From an uncultured Elusimicrobia bacterium (lineage in GTDB: Bacteria; Elusimicrobiota; Elusimicrobia; CAZMIB01): a stretch of DNA of 64,000 nucleotides. The stretch covers positions 4,777-68,776 of the forward strand of contig CAZMIB010000001.1 in the NCBI GenBank assembly GCA_964566245.1. Direction: 5' to 3'. Within the stretch, counting starts at the first letter, position 1. Every line of letters begins with the position of its first letter. The notes under the pieces are model-generated. The model was not told the DNA's origin and did no database searches. It saw only the letters and a list, made by a program, of their open reading frames with translations. This document shows positions 9,235 to 20,487 of the stretch, in pieces. The translations under genes were made by a program, and so were the position numbers.

Positions 9235-9909
9235 ATGGCGTCGCCGTCGCAGTTTCAAAAAATCCTGGAGAACACCCAAGTGGTGCTCCAGCCGAGCCAT
9301 GCGCTGTCGACCTTCGGCGCGACCCGGGTCGTCTATCACCTGGTCTCGTCCATCGACGGGCTCGACGACCGCGCGCGCTTGCGCGAGGGCGAGATCGCGG
9401 CCGAGAAGCCGCTGATCCTGACGCCCGACGCCCTCAAGGAGCGCTTCGAGGGCTTCGGCGAGGAAGGCCGGCCCTACGCCGAGTTCATCCAGGGCGCCTA
9501 CCGCGAGGCCCTGCGCGCGCTCGAGTACCGGTTCAAGAACACGCCCGGCTCGACGCGCGTGCTGCACGAAAGCGCGCGCACCGTGGCCGAGCGCATCAAG
9601 GCCGAGGTCGAGTCCGGCGATAAACGCGCCGGGGTGCTGGTCTGCCCGGACGGCGGCTGGCAGCTCGCGCTGATGCGCTTCACCCTCGAGGAGGCGCTGC
9701 GCTCCTTTCCGACCAACGTGCGCGACCTCGAGCGGCGGGGGATGTTCGACCCGGACAAGCGCGAGAGCGACAGGAAGCGGCGCGAGATCGACGAGCTTTT
9801 CCGGCGCGCCGCGGGCGACCGTTCCCTTCTCTCCCAGCTCGGCGAGCGCCTGAAGGCCTACGGGCTGTTCAGCGAGTACGAGGACCGCTTTTACCGGCTA
9901 TTGAACTAG
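9235..9909 (+). CDS. Hypothetical protein (224 aa)
   Basis: ORF track only; no motif recognised. Acidic/basic helical composition. Confidence 0.45.
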   Translation: MASPSQFQKILENTQVVLQPSHALSTFGATRVVYHLVSSIDGLDDRARLREGEIAAEKPLILTPDALKERFEGFGEEGRPYAEFIQGAYREALRALEYRFKNTPGSTRVLHESARTVAERIKAEVESGDKRAGVLVCPDGGWQLALMRFTLEEALRSFPTNVRDLERRGMFDPDKRESDRKRREIDELFRRAAGDRSLLSQLGERLKAYGLFSEYEDRFYRLLN

Positions 9910-10726
9910 GCCGCCGCCAGGCGGCCTCGAGATTTTCCAGCCTCGGATAAGGATAGGACTGCGCCGCCGCTTTCTCAAGAGGAACTCCCTCGCGCAGCCG
10001 CCGGCACAGTTTCCCGAAAGCGAGCGGGCCGTGCGTCTCGAGAAGGAAGCGCACCAGCGACTCGGCCTGCGCGTACCACGCGCTCACGCGCTGCGCGGGA
10101 TCGTCGTCCGCGGGCGCGGTCCGCGCGAGGTCTCTCAGCGAGGGTGACGGGGCGGGCGGGCGGCGCTGACTTTCGTCCTCCATCGCCATCGCGAGCCCCT
10201 CGTCCAGCCAGCGCGGCGGGGTTGTTCGCTCCTCGGCGAAATAGGCGCCCATCAGCAGATGGGTCAGCTCGTGCGCCAAGGTCTTCTCGATGCCGTCCTG
10301 CGCGAAAGTCTCGACCGCGCGCCCCTGAAGCCCGCCTCCGCCCTGCGGCCGGTACGAGGCGAAGCCGGTCGACCACGGGGGCGGATGCAGGGGGCCGGCC
10401 AGGTAGGCCGCGCGGTCCTTGTGGATGACGATGTCGATCCGCTCCTGGCTCATCCACGGCGCGACGCCGCCCAGGCTCGCGCGCAGGCGGCCGTGGATCC
10501 TCTCCAGCGAGCCGAGCACACCGCGAGGGGGGAAGGGCGTCTCGTAGCGGACGCGGAAGTGAAGCGTGAGGCTGTCGTGCGCCCACTCCATGCCGAACGA
10601 CAGCAGCGCCGAAAGGATCAGGCTCGCCAGCAGGAGCAGTCCGACGAAGAGGACGCCCCACCGTCTGGCGCGCGGCGTCTCCTCGGGCGGAGGCGCCTGC
10701 ATATACTCCCGGTCTCGAAGCCCCAT
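9869..10726 (-). CDS. Membrane-anchored putative zinc metallopeptidase (HExxH: AHELTHLLMG), peptidase-MA-like
   Basis: N-terminal TM segment WGVLFVGLLLLASLILSALLSFG, plus the HELTH motif with a downstream Glu (WLDEGLAMAME). Confidence 0.5.
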   Translation of the reverse strand: MGLRDREYMQAPPPEETPRARRWGVLFVGLLLLASLILSALLSFGMEWAHDSLTLHFRVRYETPFPPRGVLGSLERIHGRLRASLGGVAPWMSQERIDIVIHKDRAAYLAGPLHPPPWSTGFASYRPQGGGGLQGRAVETFAQDGIEKTLAHELTHLLMGAYFAEERTTPPRWLDEGLAMAMEDESQRRPPAPSPSLRDLARTAPADDDPAQRVSAWYAQAESLVRFLLETHGPLAFGKLCRRLREGVPLEKAAAQSYPYPRLENLEAAWRRPSSIAGKSGPRTR

Positions 10727-10756
10727 CCCGTCGATTTTAGCAGTTTGTCTTTTGTC

Positions 10757-11650
10757 TCACCGTGCCCTCTCCCCAAGGGAGAGGGGGAGGGCGAGGGGTT
10801 CTGATTTCATCCATCCTAATCCGACCACCGACCCCACCACCAGCGCCATCCCCACCCACGTCGCCGCGTTGGGTCGTTCATTCCAAAACATCCATCCGCC
10901 GGCCGCGGTCATCACGACCGAGAGCATCATCGCCGCCCCGCTTTTCGAGACCGGGCAAAGCTCGAAGCCGCGCGTCATCAGCCCTTGTCCCGCGGTCGCG
11001 CTCGTGGAGACGGCGAGCAGGACGGCCCAGCCGATCACGTCGGGCCGGCTCCATTGAACAACGGCGAAGGGCGCGGTCGCGGCCGCCCCGACGAGGTTGA
11101 AGTAGAACACGATCCTCCACGCGGGCTCGTCCTTCGTCAGGGCCCTGACCGTGGCGTACGAGACGCCGCCGATCACTCCGGCGCCGAGGCCGATCGCGTA
11201 GCCGACCCAGTCGCTGCCGCCCTGGGGGTGGACGACCAGGGCGACTCCGGTCAGGGCCGAGGCCAGCAGCCCCCCCGACGCGGGCGTGAGGCTCTCGCCG
11301 AGCGCGACGACGGCGATCACGGCCGCGAACAGCGGCGCGGTGTAGTTGAGCAGCACCGCGGTCCCGAGCGGGATGTGCGCGAGGGCCCAGAAGTAGCAGG
11401 CCATGCTCCCGATGCCCCACAGCCCCCGCGAGACGAGCAGCGGCCACCGCCGGCTGGCCGCGGAAAGGCCCTGCCGGCGCATGATCCGCAGCACCACCGG
11501 GAGCGCGAGCGCGTTGCGGAACAGGCATATCTCCGCGGTGCCGATAGAGCCCTTCAGGGCCTTGATCAGCATGCTCATGACCGCGAAGCACACGGCCGAC
11601 GCGGCGACGAGGCCGATGCCCCGCAGCTCGCTTTCCCGGGAGGGACGCAT
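10757..11650 (-). CDS. EamA/DMT-family transporter. Its C-terminal tail (...SEPLALPLSLGERAR) is encoded by a palindromic-element copy.
   Basis: Duplicated EamA-like TM pattern (NYTAPLFAAVIAVVALGE...). Stop at 10757. Confidence 0.7.
   Translation of the reverse strand: MRPSRESELRGIGLVAASAVCFAVMSMLIKALKGSIGTAEICLFRNALALPVVLRIMRRQGLSAASRRWPLLVSRGLWGIGSMACYFWALAHIPLGTAVLLNYTAPLFAAVIAVVALGESLTPASGGLLASALTGVALVVHPQGGSDWVGYAIGLGAGVIGGVSYATVRALTKDEPAWRIVFYFNLVGAAATAPFAVVQWSRPDVIGWAVLLAVSTSATAGQGLMTRGFELCPVSKSGAAMMLSVVMTAAGGWMFWNERPNAATWVGMALVVGSVVGLGWMKSEPLALPLSLGERAR
10764..10798. repeat. GC-rich palindromic element copy (GCCCTCTCCCCAAGGGAGAGGGGGAGGGCGAGGGG) overlapping the 3' coding end of the EamA gene
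   Basis: Direct read. Confidence 0.7.
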
Positions 11651-11767
11651 GCGGGGAGTCTAGCAGAATCGCCATGTTGAGGCCGCGGGGTCAAAATGAT
11701 AAAATACCTATCCAACCTAGATTCGCATCACGATCGTCGACGGCGGCCGGCAGCGAGGAGAGAGAGA

Positions 11768-12928
11768 ATGCCCTTCTTCATCGGTCATGACCGCGAAGCG
11801 AAACGAGCCTACGGCTTCGACGAGATAGCGCTGGTCCCCGGCTCGGTGACGGTAAATCCCGAAGAGGTCGACATCGCCCTCAAGCTCGGGAAGCTGAACC
11901 TTCAAATTCCCTTCATCGCCTCGGCGATGGACGGCGTGACCGACCCCCGCTTCGCGATCACGCTGGGCAAGTTCGGCGGGCTCGCGGTCCTCAACCTCGA
12001 CGGCATTTACTCGCGCTACAAGGAGCCGGAGAAGGTCCTCGCTGAGATCGCGAGCGCCGGCCCCGAGAAGGCCACCCATCTCGTCCAGGACATCTATAAG
12101 GAACCGGTCCGCGAGGAGCTGATCGCGGAGCGCGTCCAGCAGATCAAGCGCGCGAAGGTCCCCTGCGCTGTCTCGACGATCCCCCAGAACGCGGATAAGT
12201 ACGGTCCGATCGCCGCCGAGGCCGGCTGCGACGTCTTCTTCGTGCAGTCGACCGTGACGACGGTCCGCCACGTCGCGACCAAGTACAAGCCCTTCGACGT
12301 CGCCGCGTTCGTCAAGAAGATGCCTATCCCGGTCGTCGTCGGCAACTGCGTGACCCACGAGGTCGCGCTCGAGCTGATGGAGACCGGCGTCGCCGGCCTG
12401 CTGGTCGGCGTCGGCCCCGGCGCGGCGTGCACCACGCGCGGCGTGCTGGGCCTGGGCGTCCCCCAGGTCACCGCGATCGTCGACTGCGCCTCGGCGCGCG
12501 ACCAGTTCTTCAAGAAGACCGGCAAGTACGTGAACATCATCGCCGACGGCGGCATGTCGACCGGCGGCGACGTCTGCAAGGCCTTCGCCTGCGGCTCGGA
12601 CGCGGTGATGATGGGCTCGCCGTTCGCGCGCACGAAGGAGGCTCCCGGCGGCGGCTACCACTGGGGCATGGCGACCCCGCACCAGAACCTGCCGCGCGGC
12701 ACGCGCATCCACGTCGGCACGACCGGGACCTTGGAGGAGATACTCTTCGGTCCCTCGCGCCTCGACGACGGCAGCCAGAACCTGGTCGGCGCTCTCCGGA
12801 CCTGCATGGGCGCGGTCGGCGCGCGCAACATCAAGGAGATGCAGCTCACGGAGATCATCATCGCCCCCGCGATCAAGAGCGAAGGCAAGATTTTCCAGAA
12901 GGCCCAGATGATCGGAATGGGCAAGTAG
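11768..12928 (+). CDS. IMP dehydrogenase/GMP reductase-family protein without a CBS subdomain (GuaB-related)
   Basis: [11 protein letters not shown]...[11 protein letters not shown]...[27 protein letters not shown] matches the IMPDH barrel. Start moved to ATG 11768, which is preceded by GGAGAGAGAGA. Adjacent to guaA. Confidence 0.7.
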   Translation: MPFFIGHDREAKRAYGFDEIALVPGSVTVNPEEVDIALKLGKLNLQIPFIASAMDGVTDPRFAITLGKFGGLAVLNLDGIYSRYKEPEKVLAEIASAGPEKATHLVQDIYKEPVREELIAERVQQIKRAKVPCAVSTIPQNADKYGPIAAEAGCDVFFVQSTVTTVRHVATKYKPFDVAAFVKKMPIPVVVGNCVTHEVALELMETGVAGLLVGVGPGAACTTRGVLGLGVPQVTAIVDCASARDQFFKKTGKYVNIIADGGMSTGGDVCKAFACGSDAVMMGSPFARTKEAPGGGYHWGMATPHQNLPRGTRIHVGTTGTLEEILFGPSRLDDGSQNLVGALRTCMGAVGARNIKEMQLTEIIIAPAIKSEGKIFQKAQMIGMGK

Positions 12929-13031
12929 CGGCGCAAGTAGTCGCTGTCGCCGCAAAAATGTTAGGGTCCCAGCGAAGGGACCGCCAATAAGGGGTGAATG
13001 TTCCGGGCCGAGGCGAAACGGCCTACCCGCG

Positions 13032-14558
13032 ATGATAATCATCCTCGACTTCGGATCGCAGTACACCCAGCTCATCGCTCGCCGCCTGCGCGAGCTCGAG
13101 ATTTTCTGCGAGATACTGCCGTACTCCACCCCTCTCGCCGAGCTGGTCGAACGCAACCCCAAAGGACTCATTTTCTCCGGCGGCCCCGCCTCCGTCTATC
13201 GCGGCTCCTCGCCCAAGCTTTCCGACGGCGTCATGGGCCTGGGCATCCCGATGCTCGGCATCTGCTACGGCATGCAGCTTCTGGCCCAGATGCACGGCGG
13301 CAAGGTCGAGGCGGCCAAGCGGCGCGAGTACGGCCACGCGACGCTGGACATCGTCGAGGACTCCCCGCTCTTCAAGGACCTGCCGAGCTCGCTCGAGGTG
13401 TGGATGAGCCACGGCGACGGCGTGCAGGCCGTCTCGAACGGCGTGCGCGCGATCGCCGCGACGCCGACCGCGCCCCTGGCCGCGATCGCCTATCCTGAAA
13501 GGCGCTGGTGGGGCGTGCAGTTCCATCCCGAGGTCGCGCACACCCCTCTCGGCGCCAAGCTGCTCGAGAACTTCGCGCGCGACATCTGCGGCATCCGCGA
13601 GCGCTGGACGGCGGGCCGCTTCATCCACGACTCGGTCGAGGCCATAAGGAAGCAGGTCGGCGGCGGCAAGGTGCTGCTGGCCCTCTCGGGAGGCGTCGAC
13701 TCCTCGGTCGCCGCGGCGCTCGTTCATAAAGCGATCGGCCCGCGCCTGACCTGCGTGTTCGTCGACCACGGCCTGCAGCGCAAGGGCGAGGCCGAGCGCA
13801 TACGCCGGCTGTTCGTCCACGCGCTCGGCGTCAAGGTGCGCATGGTCGACGCCTCGAGGGCTTTCCTAGGGCGCCTGAAGGGCGTCGCCGATCCGGAGCG
13901 CAAGCGCAAGATCATCGGCCGCGAGTTCATCCGCGTCTTCGAGACCGAGGCCAAGAAGATCGGCGGCGCCGGCTTTCTCGCGCAGGGCACCCTTTACCCG
14001 GACGTGATCGAGAGCGTCAGCGTGCGCGGACCGTCGGCCACGATCAAGACGCACCACAACGTCGGCGGCCTGCCGAAGCGCATGAAGCTCAAGCTCGTCG
14101 AGCCGCTGCGCTTCCTGTTCAAGGACGAGGTCCGCAAGGTCGGCCTCGAGCTGGGCCTGCCGGAGGAGGCGGTGTACCGCCATCCGTTTCCCGGGCCCTC
14201 GCTCGCGATACGCATCATCGGGGCCGTCTCGCCGGAGCGGCTGCGCATCGTCCGCGAGGCGGACGCGATCGTCGAGGAGGAGCTTCGCGCCGCCGGGCTC
14301 TACGACCGGGTCTGGCAGGGCTTCGCGGTGCTGCTGCCGACCAAGACCGTCGGCGTGATGGGCGACGAGCGCACCTACGAGAACGTCGCCGCGGTGCGCG
14401 TCGTCGAGAGCCAGGACGGCATGACCGCCGACTGGGCGCGCCTGCCCGAGGGCGTTCTGCGCAAGATTTCGAGCCGCATCGTCAGCGAGGTCAAGGGCAT
14501 CAACCGGGTCGTCTACGACGTCACGTCGAAGCCGCCCGGCACGATAGAATGGGAGTGA
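13032..14558 (+). CDS. guaA: GMP synthase (glutamine-hydrolysing)
   Basis: [21 protein letters not shown]...GICYGMQ (GATase), SGGVDSSV (PP-loop), ...PGTIEWE C-terminus. Confidence 0.9.
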   Translation: MIIILDFGSQYTQLIARRLRELEIFCEILPYSTPLAELVERNPKGLIFSGGPASVYRGSSPKLSDGVMGLGIPMLGICYGMQLLAQMHGGKVEAAKRREYGHATLDIVEDSPLFKDLPSSLEVWMSHGDGVQAVSNGVRAIAATPTAPLAAIAYPERRWWGVQFHPEVAHTPLGAKLLENFARDICGIRERWTAGRFIHDSVEAIRKQVGGGKVLLALSGGVDSSVAAALVHKAIGPRLTCVFVDHGLQRKGEAERIRRLFVHALGVKVRMVDASRAFLGRLKGVADPERKRKIIGREFIRVFETEAKKIGGAGFLAQGTLYPDVIESVSVRGPSATIKTHHNVGGLPKRMKLKLVEPLRFLFKDEVRKVGLELGLPEEAVYRHPFPGPSLAIRIIGAVSPERLRIVREADAIVEEELRAAGLYDRVWQGFAVLLPTKTVGVMGDERTYENVAAVRVVESQDGMTADWARLPEGVLRKISSRIVSEVKGINRVVYDVTSKPPGTIEWE

Positions 14559-14563
14559 AACCG

Positions 14564-15451
14564 ATGATAGAGACACTTTCGGCGACGGAGCTTCCGGGCG
14601 TCACCAGGCTGCGCAGCGGCAAGGTGCGCGACGTCTTCGACCTCGGCGACAGGCTGCTGCTGGTCTCGACCGACCGCCTCTCGGCCTTCGACCACATCCT
14701 GCCGACGCCGATCCCGGACAAGGGGCGCGTGCTGAACGCGCTGTCGACCTTCTGGTTCAACTGGTCGCGCGAGCTGGCGCCCAATCATTTGATCACGACC
14801 GACGTCTCCAAGTACCCCATGCCGCTGCGCGAGCACCGCGCGACGCTGGAGGGGCGCTCGAGCCTCGTCCGCAAGGCCAAGCGCATCGACGTCGAGTGCG
14901 TCGTGCGCGGCTACCTCTCCGGCTCCGGCTGGAAGGACTACAAGGCGCACGGGATGATCTGCGGCCAGGCGCTTCCGGAGGGCTTGGTCGAGTCCCAGCG
15001 CCTGCCGATGCCGATCTTCACGCCGACGACGAAGGCCGATGAGGGCCACGACAAGCCGATCACGATGACCGAGGTCCAGTCGATGATCGGCCCGGAGCTC
15101 GCGCGGCGCGTGCAGGACATGAGCCTTTTGCTTTACTCCGCGGGGGCCGACTACGCCGAGAAGCGCGGCCTCATCCTCGCCGACACGAAGTTCGAGTTCG
15201 GCGTGCTGGACGGCGAGGTGATCGTGATCGACGAGATGCTCACGCCCGACTCGTCGCGCTTCTGGGACAAGGAGTCCTACGCGCCGGGCCGCTCGCAGAA
15301 CCAGTTCGACAAGCAGTACGTCCGCGACTATCTGGAGAAGATCGGCTGGAACAAGGAAGCCCCGGCCCCCGCGCTCCCGCCCGACGTCGTCGCCCAGACG
15401 ACCAAGCTTTACCGCGAGGCTTACCGGAGGCTGACCGGGCTGGAACTGTGA
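14564..15451 (+). CDS. purC: Phosphoribosylaminoimidazole-succinocarboxamide synthase (SAICAR synthetase)
   Basis: GKVRDVFDLGDRLLLVSTDRLSAFDHILPTPIPDKGRVLNALSTFWF is diagnostic. ATG 14564 follows GGGAG; the alternative start at 14549 overlaps guaA. Confidence 0.85.
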   Translation: MIETLSATELPGVTRLRSGKVRDVFDLGDRLLLVSTDRLSAFDHILPTPIPDKGRVLNALSTFWFNWSRELAPNHLITTDVSKYPMPLREHRATLEGRSSLVRKAKRIDVECVVRGYLSGSGWKDYKAHGMICGQALPEGLVESQRLPMPIFTPTTKADEGHDKPITMTEVQSMIGPELARRVQDMSLLLYSAGADYAEKRGLILADTKFEFGVLDGEVIVIDEMLTPDSSRFWDKESYAPGRSQNQFDKQYVRDYLEKIGWNKEAPAPALPPDVVAQTTKLYREAYRRLTGLEL

Positions 15452-16011
15452 ACCGAACGCCGGCGGCGCTGATCGAGGTCTCGACGCGAGAGGGCTTCAG
15501 CGACTCCGCCGCCTCCGGCGTTCTATCGCTGGCGAAAGAGCTGGGCGTCCCGGTCGAAAAAGCCGCGACCGTCGCGCTGTACCGGTTGGAAGGGGACCTG
15601 GATCGCGCGGCGCTGACGAAGCTGGCGTCCGAGCTGCTGACGGATCCGGTCACCGAAACATACGAAATTGTTCCCTCACCCCAACCTTCTCCCGCAAGCG
15701 GGCGAGGGAGCTCTTCAATAAGCAACTCTGTTCCATTAGAAAGGAACTCCCTCGCACCGCGTGAGCGGGGAGAGGGCCGGGGTGAGGGGCAGTCGTTGCC
15801 GTGCCTCACCCTCGACATCTGGCTCAAACCCCAAGTCGCCGACCCGGTCGCGCCATCCATTGAACGCGGCGCGAAGGACCTGGGCTTTTCCTTGAAGGCC
15901 CGCATCGGCCGCCGCTATCGCCTGTTCGGGCCGTTGAACGCCGAGGCCGCCAAGACCGTCGCCTGGAAGGCGCTGGCCAATCCCGTCGTCCACGAGTGCG
16001 AGGTCCGATGA
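15448..16011 (+). CDS. purS: PurS-like FGAM synthase subunit. It is unusually long (187 aa) and contains two PurS-like halves separated by a 117-bp palindromic-element insertion.
   Basis: The second half, CLTLDIWLKPQVADPVAPSIERGAKDLGFSLKARIGRRYRLF...ANPVVHECEV, is canonical PurS. The first half, ...LTDPVTETYEIV, is PurS-like. Position is between purC and purL. Confidence 0.65.
   Translation: MNRTPAALIEVSTREGFSDSAASGVLSLAKELGVPVEKAATVALYRLEGDLDRAALTKLASELLTDPVTETYEIVPSPQPSPASGRGSSSISNSVPLERNSLAPRERGEGRGEGQSLPCLTLDIWLKPQVADPVAPSIERGAKDLGFSLKARIGRRYRLFGPLNAEAAKTVAWKALANPVVHECEVR
15673..15789. repeat. Long (117 bp) version of the GC-rich palindromic element, with terminal inverted repeats CCCTCACCCC...GGGGTGAGGGG. 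Inserted in frame in purS, where it encodes [14 protein letters not shown]...RERGEGRGEG.
   Basis: Direct read: the left end CCCTCACCCCAACCTTCTCCCGCAAGCGGGCGAGGGAG and the right end GCGGGGAGAGGGCCGGGGTGAGGGG are inverted relative to each other. Confidence 0.75.
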
Positions 16012-18383
16012 GCTTCCTGCGCGCGTCCCTCGCCGAGCTTGAGACCCTCAGCCGTGAGCGGCAATGGTCGCTGGATCGGATCGAGCTGAAGGCGATCCAA
16101 GACCATTTCAAGAAGCTCAAGCGCGAGCCGACCGACGTCGAGCTGGAGACGTTGGCCCAGACCTGGTCCGAGCACTGCAAGCATAAGACGCTCACCAGCC
16201 CGCTCCTATATAAGGAAGGGGGCAAGGCCCGCCGCTTCAAGAACCTGCTCAAGGAGACGATTTTCGACGCGACCCGGCGGCTCAAGAAGCCATGGTGCCT
16301 GTCGGTGTTCAAGGATAACGCCGGCATCGTCGCCTTGGACAAGGACTGGGCCTTGGCCTTCAAGGTCGAGACCCACAACCACCCCTCGGCGATCGAGCCC
16401 TACGGCGGCGCGGCCACCGGCGCGGGCGGCGTGATACGCGACGTGCTCGGGGCCGGCCTCGGCGCCAAACCGGTGATGAACACCGACGTGTTCTGCGTCG
16501 GCCCGCTGGATCACGAGGGCGACCTGCCCGAGGGCTTCTTCCCGCCGCGCCGCACCTTGCGCCAGATCACGGCCGGCGTGCGCGACTACGGCAACCGCAT
16601 GGGCATACCGACCGCCAACGGCGGCCTGGCCTTCGACCCCGGCTTTCTGACGAACCCGCTCGTCTTCTGCGGCACGGTCGGCGTGATCCCGCGCAAGGCC
16701 GTGAAGAAAAGCGTACGCCCGGGCGACCTCATCGTCGCGGTCGGCGGCCGCACCGGCAGGGACGGCCTTCACGGCGCCACTTTTTCTTCCGCCGCGCTGG
16801 ATGATGCCGCGAGCGTCAGCGCGGTGCAGATCGGCAACGCGATCGAGGAGAAGAAATTCCTCGACGTTCTGCTGCAGGCGCGCGACAAAGGCCTGTACCG
16901 CGGCGTCACCGACTGCGGGGCCGGCGGCTTCTCATCCGCGATCGGCGAGCTCGGCGCGGAAATCGGCGCCGAGGTGCGCCTCGAGACGGCCCCGCTGAAG
17001 CACGAGGGGCTGAAGGCGTGGGAAATTTGGCTGTCCGAGTCCCAGGAGCGCATGGTCCTGGCCGTGCCCCCGTCCCGCTGGCCGGCGCTGAAGTCCCTGT
17101 TCGACGCCGAGGACGTGGAGGCCGTCGCGCTCGGGACCTTCAAGAAGACGGGGCGGCTGCAGGTCTACTTCAAGGACGAGCTGGTCGCCGATTTGTCGAT
17201 GAAGTTCCTGCATGAGGGACTGCCGAGGTATGAGCGAAGGGCGGAGTGGAGCGGACGAAAGAACCCTCACCCGCCCTCCGGGCACCCTCTCCCACAAGTG
17301 GGAGAGGGTGGGGGTGAGGGGCATGATTCCTCCAATCTAGGCTCCGCCCTCAAGGCCCTCCTCTCCCATCCCAACATCTGCTCCCGCGAGTGGATCGTCC
17401 GCCAGTATGATCATGAAGTCCAAGGTCAGACGATCGGCAAGCCGTTTCAGGGGCCGGGGCAGGGGCCGGGGGACGCGGCGGTGATTTGGCCGGTGACGAC
17501 CACGGGCGCCAAGCGCATTCCCGCGTTCGCGGTCTCGAACGGGATCACGATCGGGGCCGCCGATCCGTATAAAGGCGCCGTCGCCGCGGTCGACGAGGCG
17601 CTGCGCAATCTCGCCGCGGCCGGGGCCGACGTCCGGCGCGCGGCCTTGCTCGACAATTTCTGCTGGGGCGATCCGAAGGACCCGCGCGAGCTGGGCGGCC
17701 TCGTCCGCGCGGCGCTCGGCTGCCGCGACGCGGCGCTCGGTTACGGCGCGCCGTTCATCTCGGGCAAGGACAGCCTCAACAATACCTACGCCGACGCCTC
17801 CGGCCGCCGTGCCTCGATCCCCGGGACCTTGCTGATCTCGGCGCTGGCCCCGCTGCCCGATCCGAAGCGCCGCATGACGATGGATTTGAAAGGCTCCGGT
17901 CACGCGGCGTTTCTCGTGGGCCCGGCGGCCGAGGGCTTCGTCTTTTCGCGAGAGGTTCTGGCCGCGCTGTTCAAGGCGATCCAAAGCGGCTTCGTCCTCG
18001 CCTGCCACGACCTTTCGGAGGGCGGGCTCGCGGTCGCCGCGGCCGAGATGGCCTTCGCGGGGAACGTCGGCCTGGAGCTGTCGCTGAACGGCTTCACCTC
18101 CTCGAGCGACGCCGAGGCGCTGTTCGGCGAGGGCCTTACGCGCTTCTTGATCGAGGCCGCCCCCGGGCGCGAGCGCAAGCTGGCGGCCTTGCTGCACGAC
18201 CATCTTTTCATCGAGGTCGGCCGGACGATCGCCGAGCCCGTCCTGCGCGCGCGGCATCAGAGCCGCGTCGTCCTTCAGGAGAACCTCGGCGAGCTGCGCG
18301 AGGCCTGGTCCACGGCCTTGGCCCGCGAGCTGGACGGCCGGCGCTCCCAAGCGCCGGCGCCGGCCCGGGAGGTGGCGGCATGA
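16008..18383 (+). CDS. purL: Phosphoribosylformylglycinamidine synthase subunit PurL (small PurL). It carries an in-frame 58-bp palindromic-element insertion.
   Basis: ...ETHNHPSAIEPYGGAATGAGGVIRDV...; ATGA overlap with the purS stop. Confidence 0.9.
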   Translation: MSFLRASLAELETLSRERQWSLDRIELKAIQDHFKKLKREPTDVELETLAQTWSEHCKHKTLTSPLLYKEGGKARRFKNLLKETIFDATRRLKKPWCLSVFKDNAGIVALDKDWALAFKVETHNHPSAIEPYGGAATGAGGVIRDVLGAGLGAKPVMNTDVFCVGPLDHEGDLPEGFFPPRRTLRQITAGVRDYGNRMGIPTANGGLAFDPGFLTNPLVFCGTVGVIPRKAVKKSVRPGDLIVAVGGRTGRDGLHGATFSSAALDDAASVSAVQIGNAIEEKKFLDVLLQARDKGLYRGVTDCGAGGFSSAIGELGAEIGAEVRLETAPLKHEGLKAWEIWLSESQERMVLAVPPSRWPALKSLFDAEDVEAVALGTFKKTGRLQVYFKDELVADLSMKFLHEGLPRYERRAEWSGRKNPHPPSGHPLPQVGEGGGEGHDSSNLGSALKALLSHPNICSREWIVRQYDHEVQGQTIGKPFQGPGQGPGDAAVIWPVTTTGAKRIPAFAVSNGITIGAADPYKGAVAAVDEALRNLAAAGADVRRAALLDNFCWGDPKDPRELGGLVRAALGCRDAALGYGAPFISGKDSLNNTYADASGRRASIPGTLLISALAPLPDPKRRMTMDLKGSGHAAFLVGPAAEGFVFSREVLAALFKAIQSGFVLACHDLSEGGLAVAAAEMAFAGNVGLELSLNGFTSSSDAEALFGEGLTRFLIEAAPGRERKLAALLHDHLFIEVGRTIAEPVLRARHQSRVVLQENLGELREAWSTALARELDGRRSQAPAPAREVAA
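17264..17321. repeat. GC-rich palindromic element copy (CCCTCACCCGCCCTCCGGGCACCCTCTCCCACAAGTGGGAGAGGGTGGGGGTGAGGGG) inserted in frame in purL, where it encodes [21 protein letters not shown]
   Basis: Direct read. Confidence 0.8.
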
Positions 18384-19080
18384 AGCGCGTCCTCGTGCTG
18401 CGCGCCGCGGGCGTCAACTGCGACGCGGAGCTGGAGCTGGCCTTCCGCTGGTGCGGGGCCAAGGTGGAGCGCGTCCACGTCAACGCCCTTTTGTCCGGCG
18501 CGCGCCGGCTGCTCGATTTCGACGTGCTCGGCCTGCCGGGAGGCTTCTCGTACGGCGACGACATCGCCGCCGGCAAGGTGCTGGCGAACGAGGTCCGCAA
18601 GCTGCCCGGCCTCGCGGAGTTCGTCCGCTCGGGGCGGCCGGTGTTCGGCGTCTGCAACGGTTTCCAGGTGCTCGTGAAGGCCGGTCTTCTGCCGGGCGAC
18701 GGCGAGGGACGCCAGACCGCGAGCCTCGCCGCGAACGACTCCGGGCGCTTCGAGTGCCGCTGGGTGAAGCTGCGCGTGCGAGACGGGTCTTTCTTCACGC
18801 GCGGCCTGCCCGAGGAGATCGAGCTGCCGATCGCGCACGGCGAGGGAAAGTTCGTCGCGCCCGAGGGCGTGCTCGACAAGGTGCGCGTCGCGCTGAGTTA
18901 CGCGGAGAACCCCAACGGCTCGATGCGCGACATCGCCGGGATCGTCAACGCGGCCGGCAACGTTTTCGGGCTGATGCCCCACCCCGAGCGCTTCCTGACC
19001 CCGCTGCATCATCCGAGCCGGCGCGAGGTCGAGGCGCGCGAGCTGGGGCTCGCGATCGTCGAGAATATCGTGAGGCGCTG

Positions 19081-19081
<1 letters not shown>
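18380..19081 (+). CDS. purQ: Phosphoribosylformylglycinamidine synthase glutaminase subunit PurQ
   Basis: MKRVLVLRAAGVNCDAE...GVCNGFQVL...HGEGKF...MPHPER. Confidence 0.9.

Positions 19082-20483
<1,402 letters not shown>

Positions 20484-20487
<4 letters not shown>

Noticed and set aside
12929-13031. Intergenic hairpin GGTCCC-AGCGAA-GGGACC between the guaB-like gene and guaA as a riboswitch or attenuator
   Set aside because: It is too short and has no recognisable purine, ZTP or other riboswitch consensus. It is more likely a simple stem-loop, and it cannot be assigned without covariance models.
18451-19080. Long N-terminal extensions of purF (18451..), of paralog 3 (6837..), of the IMPDH-like gene (11696..), of carA (32343..), of the SNF2 gene (49565..) and of mod (57799..)
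   Set aside because: The conserved protein N-termini (MCGIVG, the signal peptides, [16 protein letters not shown], etc.) start at internal Met or GTG codons that also fit the upstream gene stops. The extensions overlap upstream genes or IS fragments.
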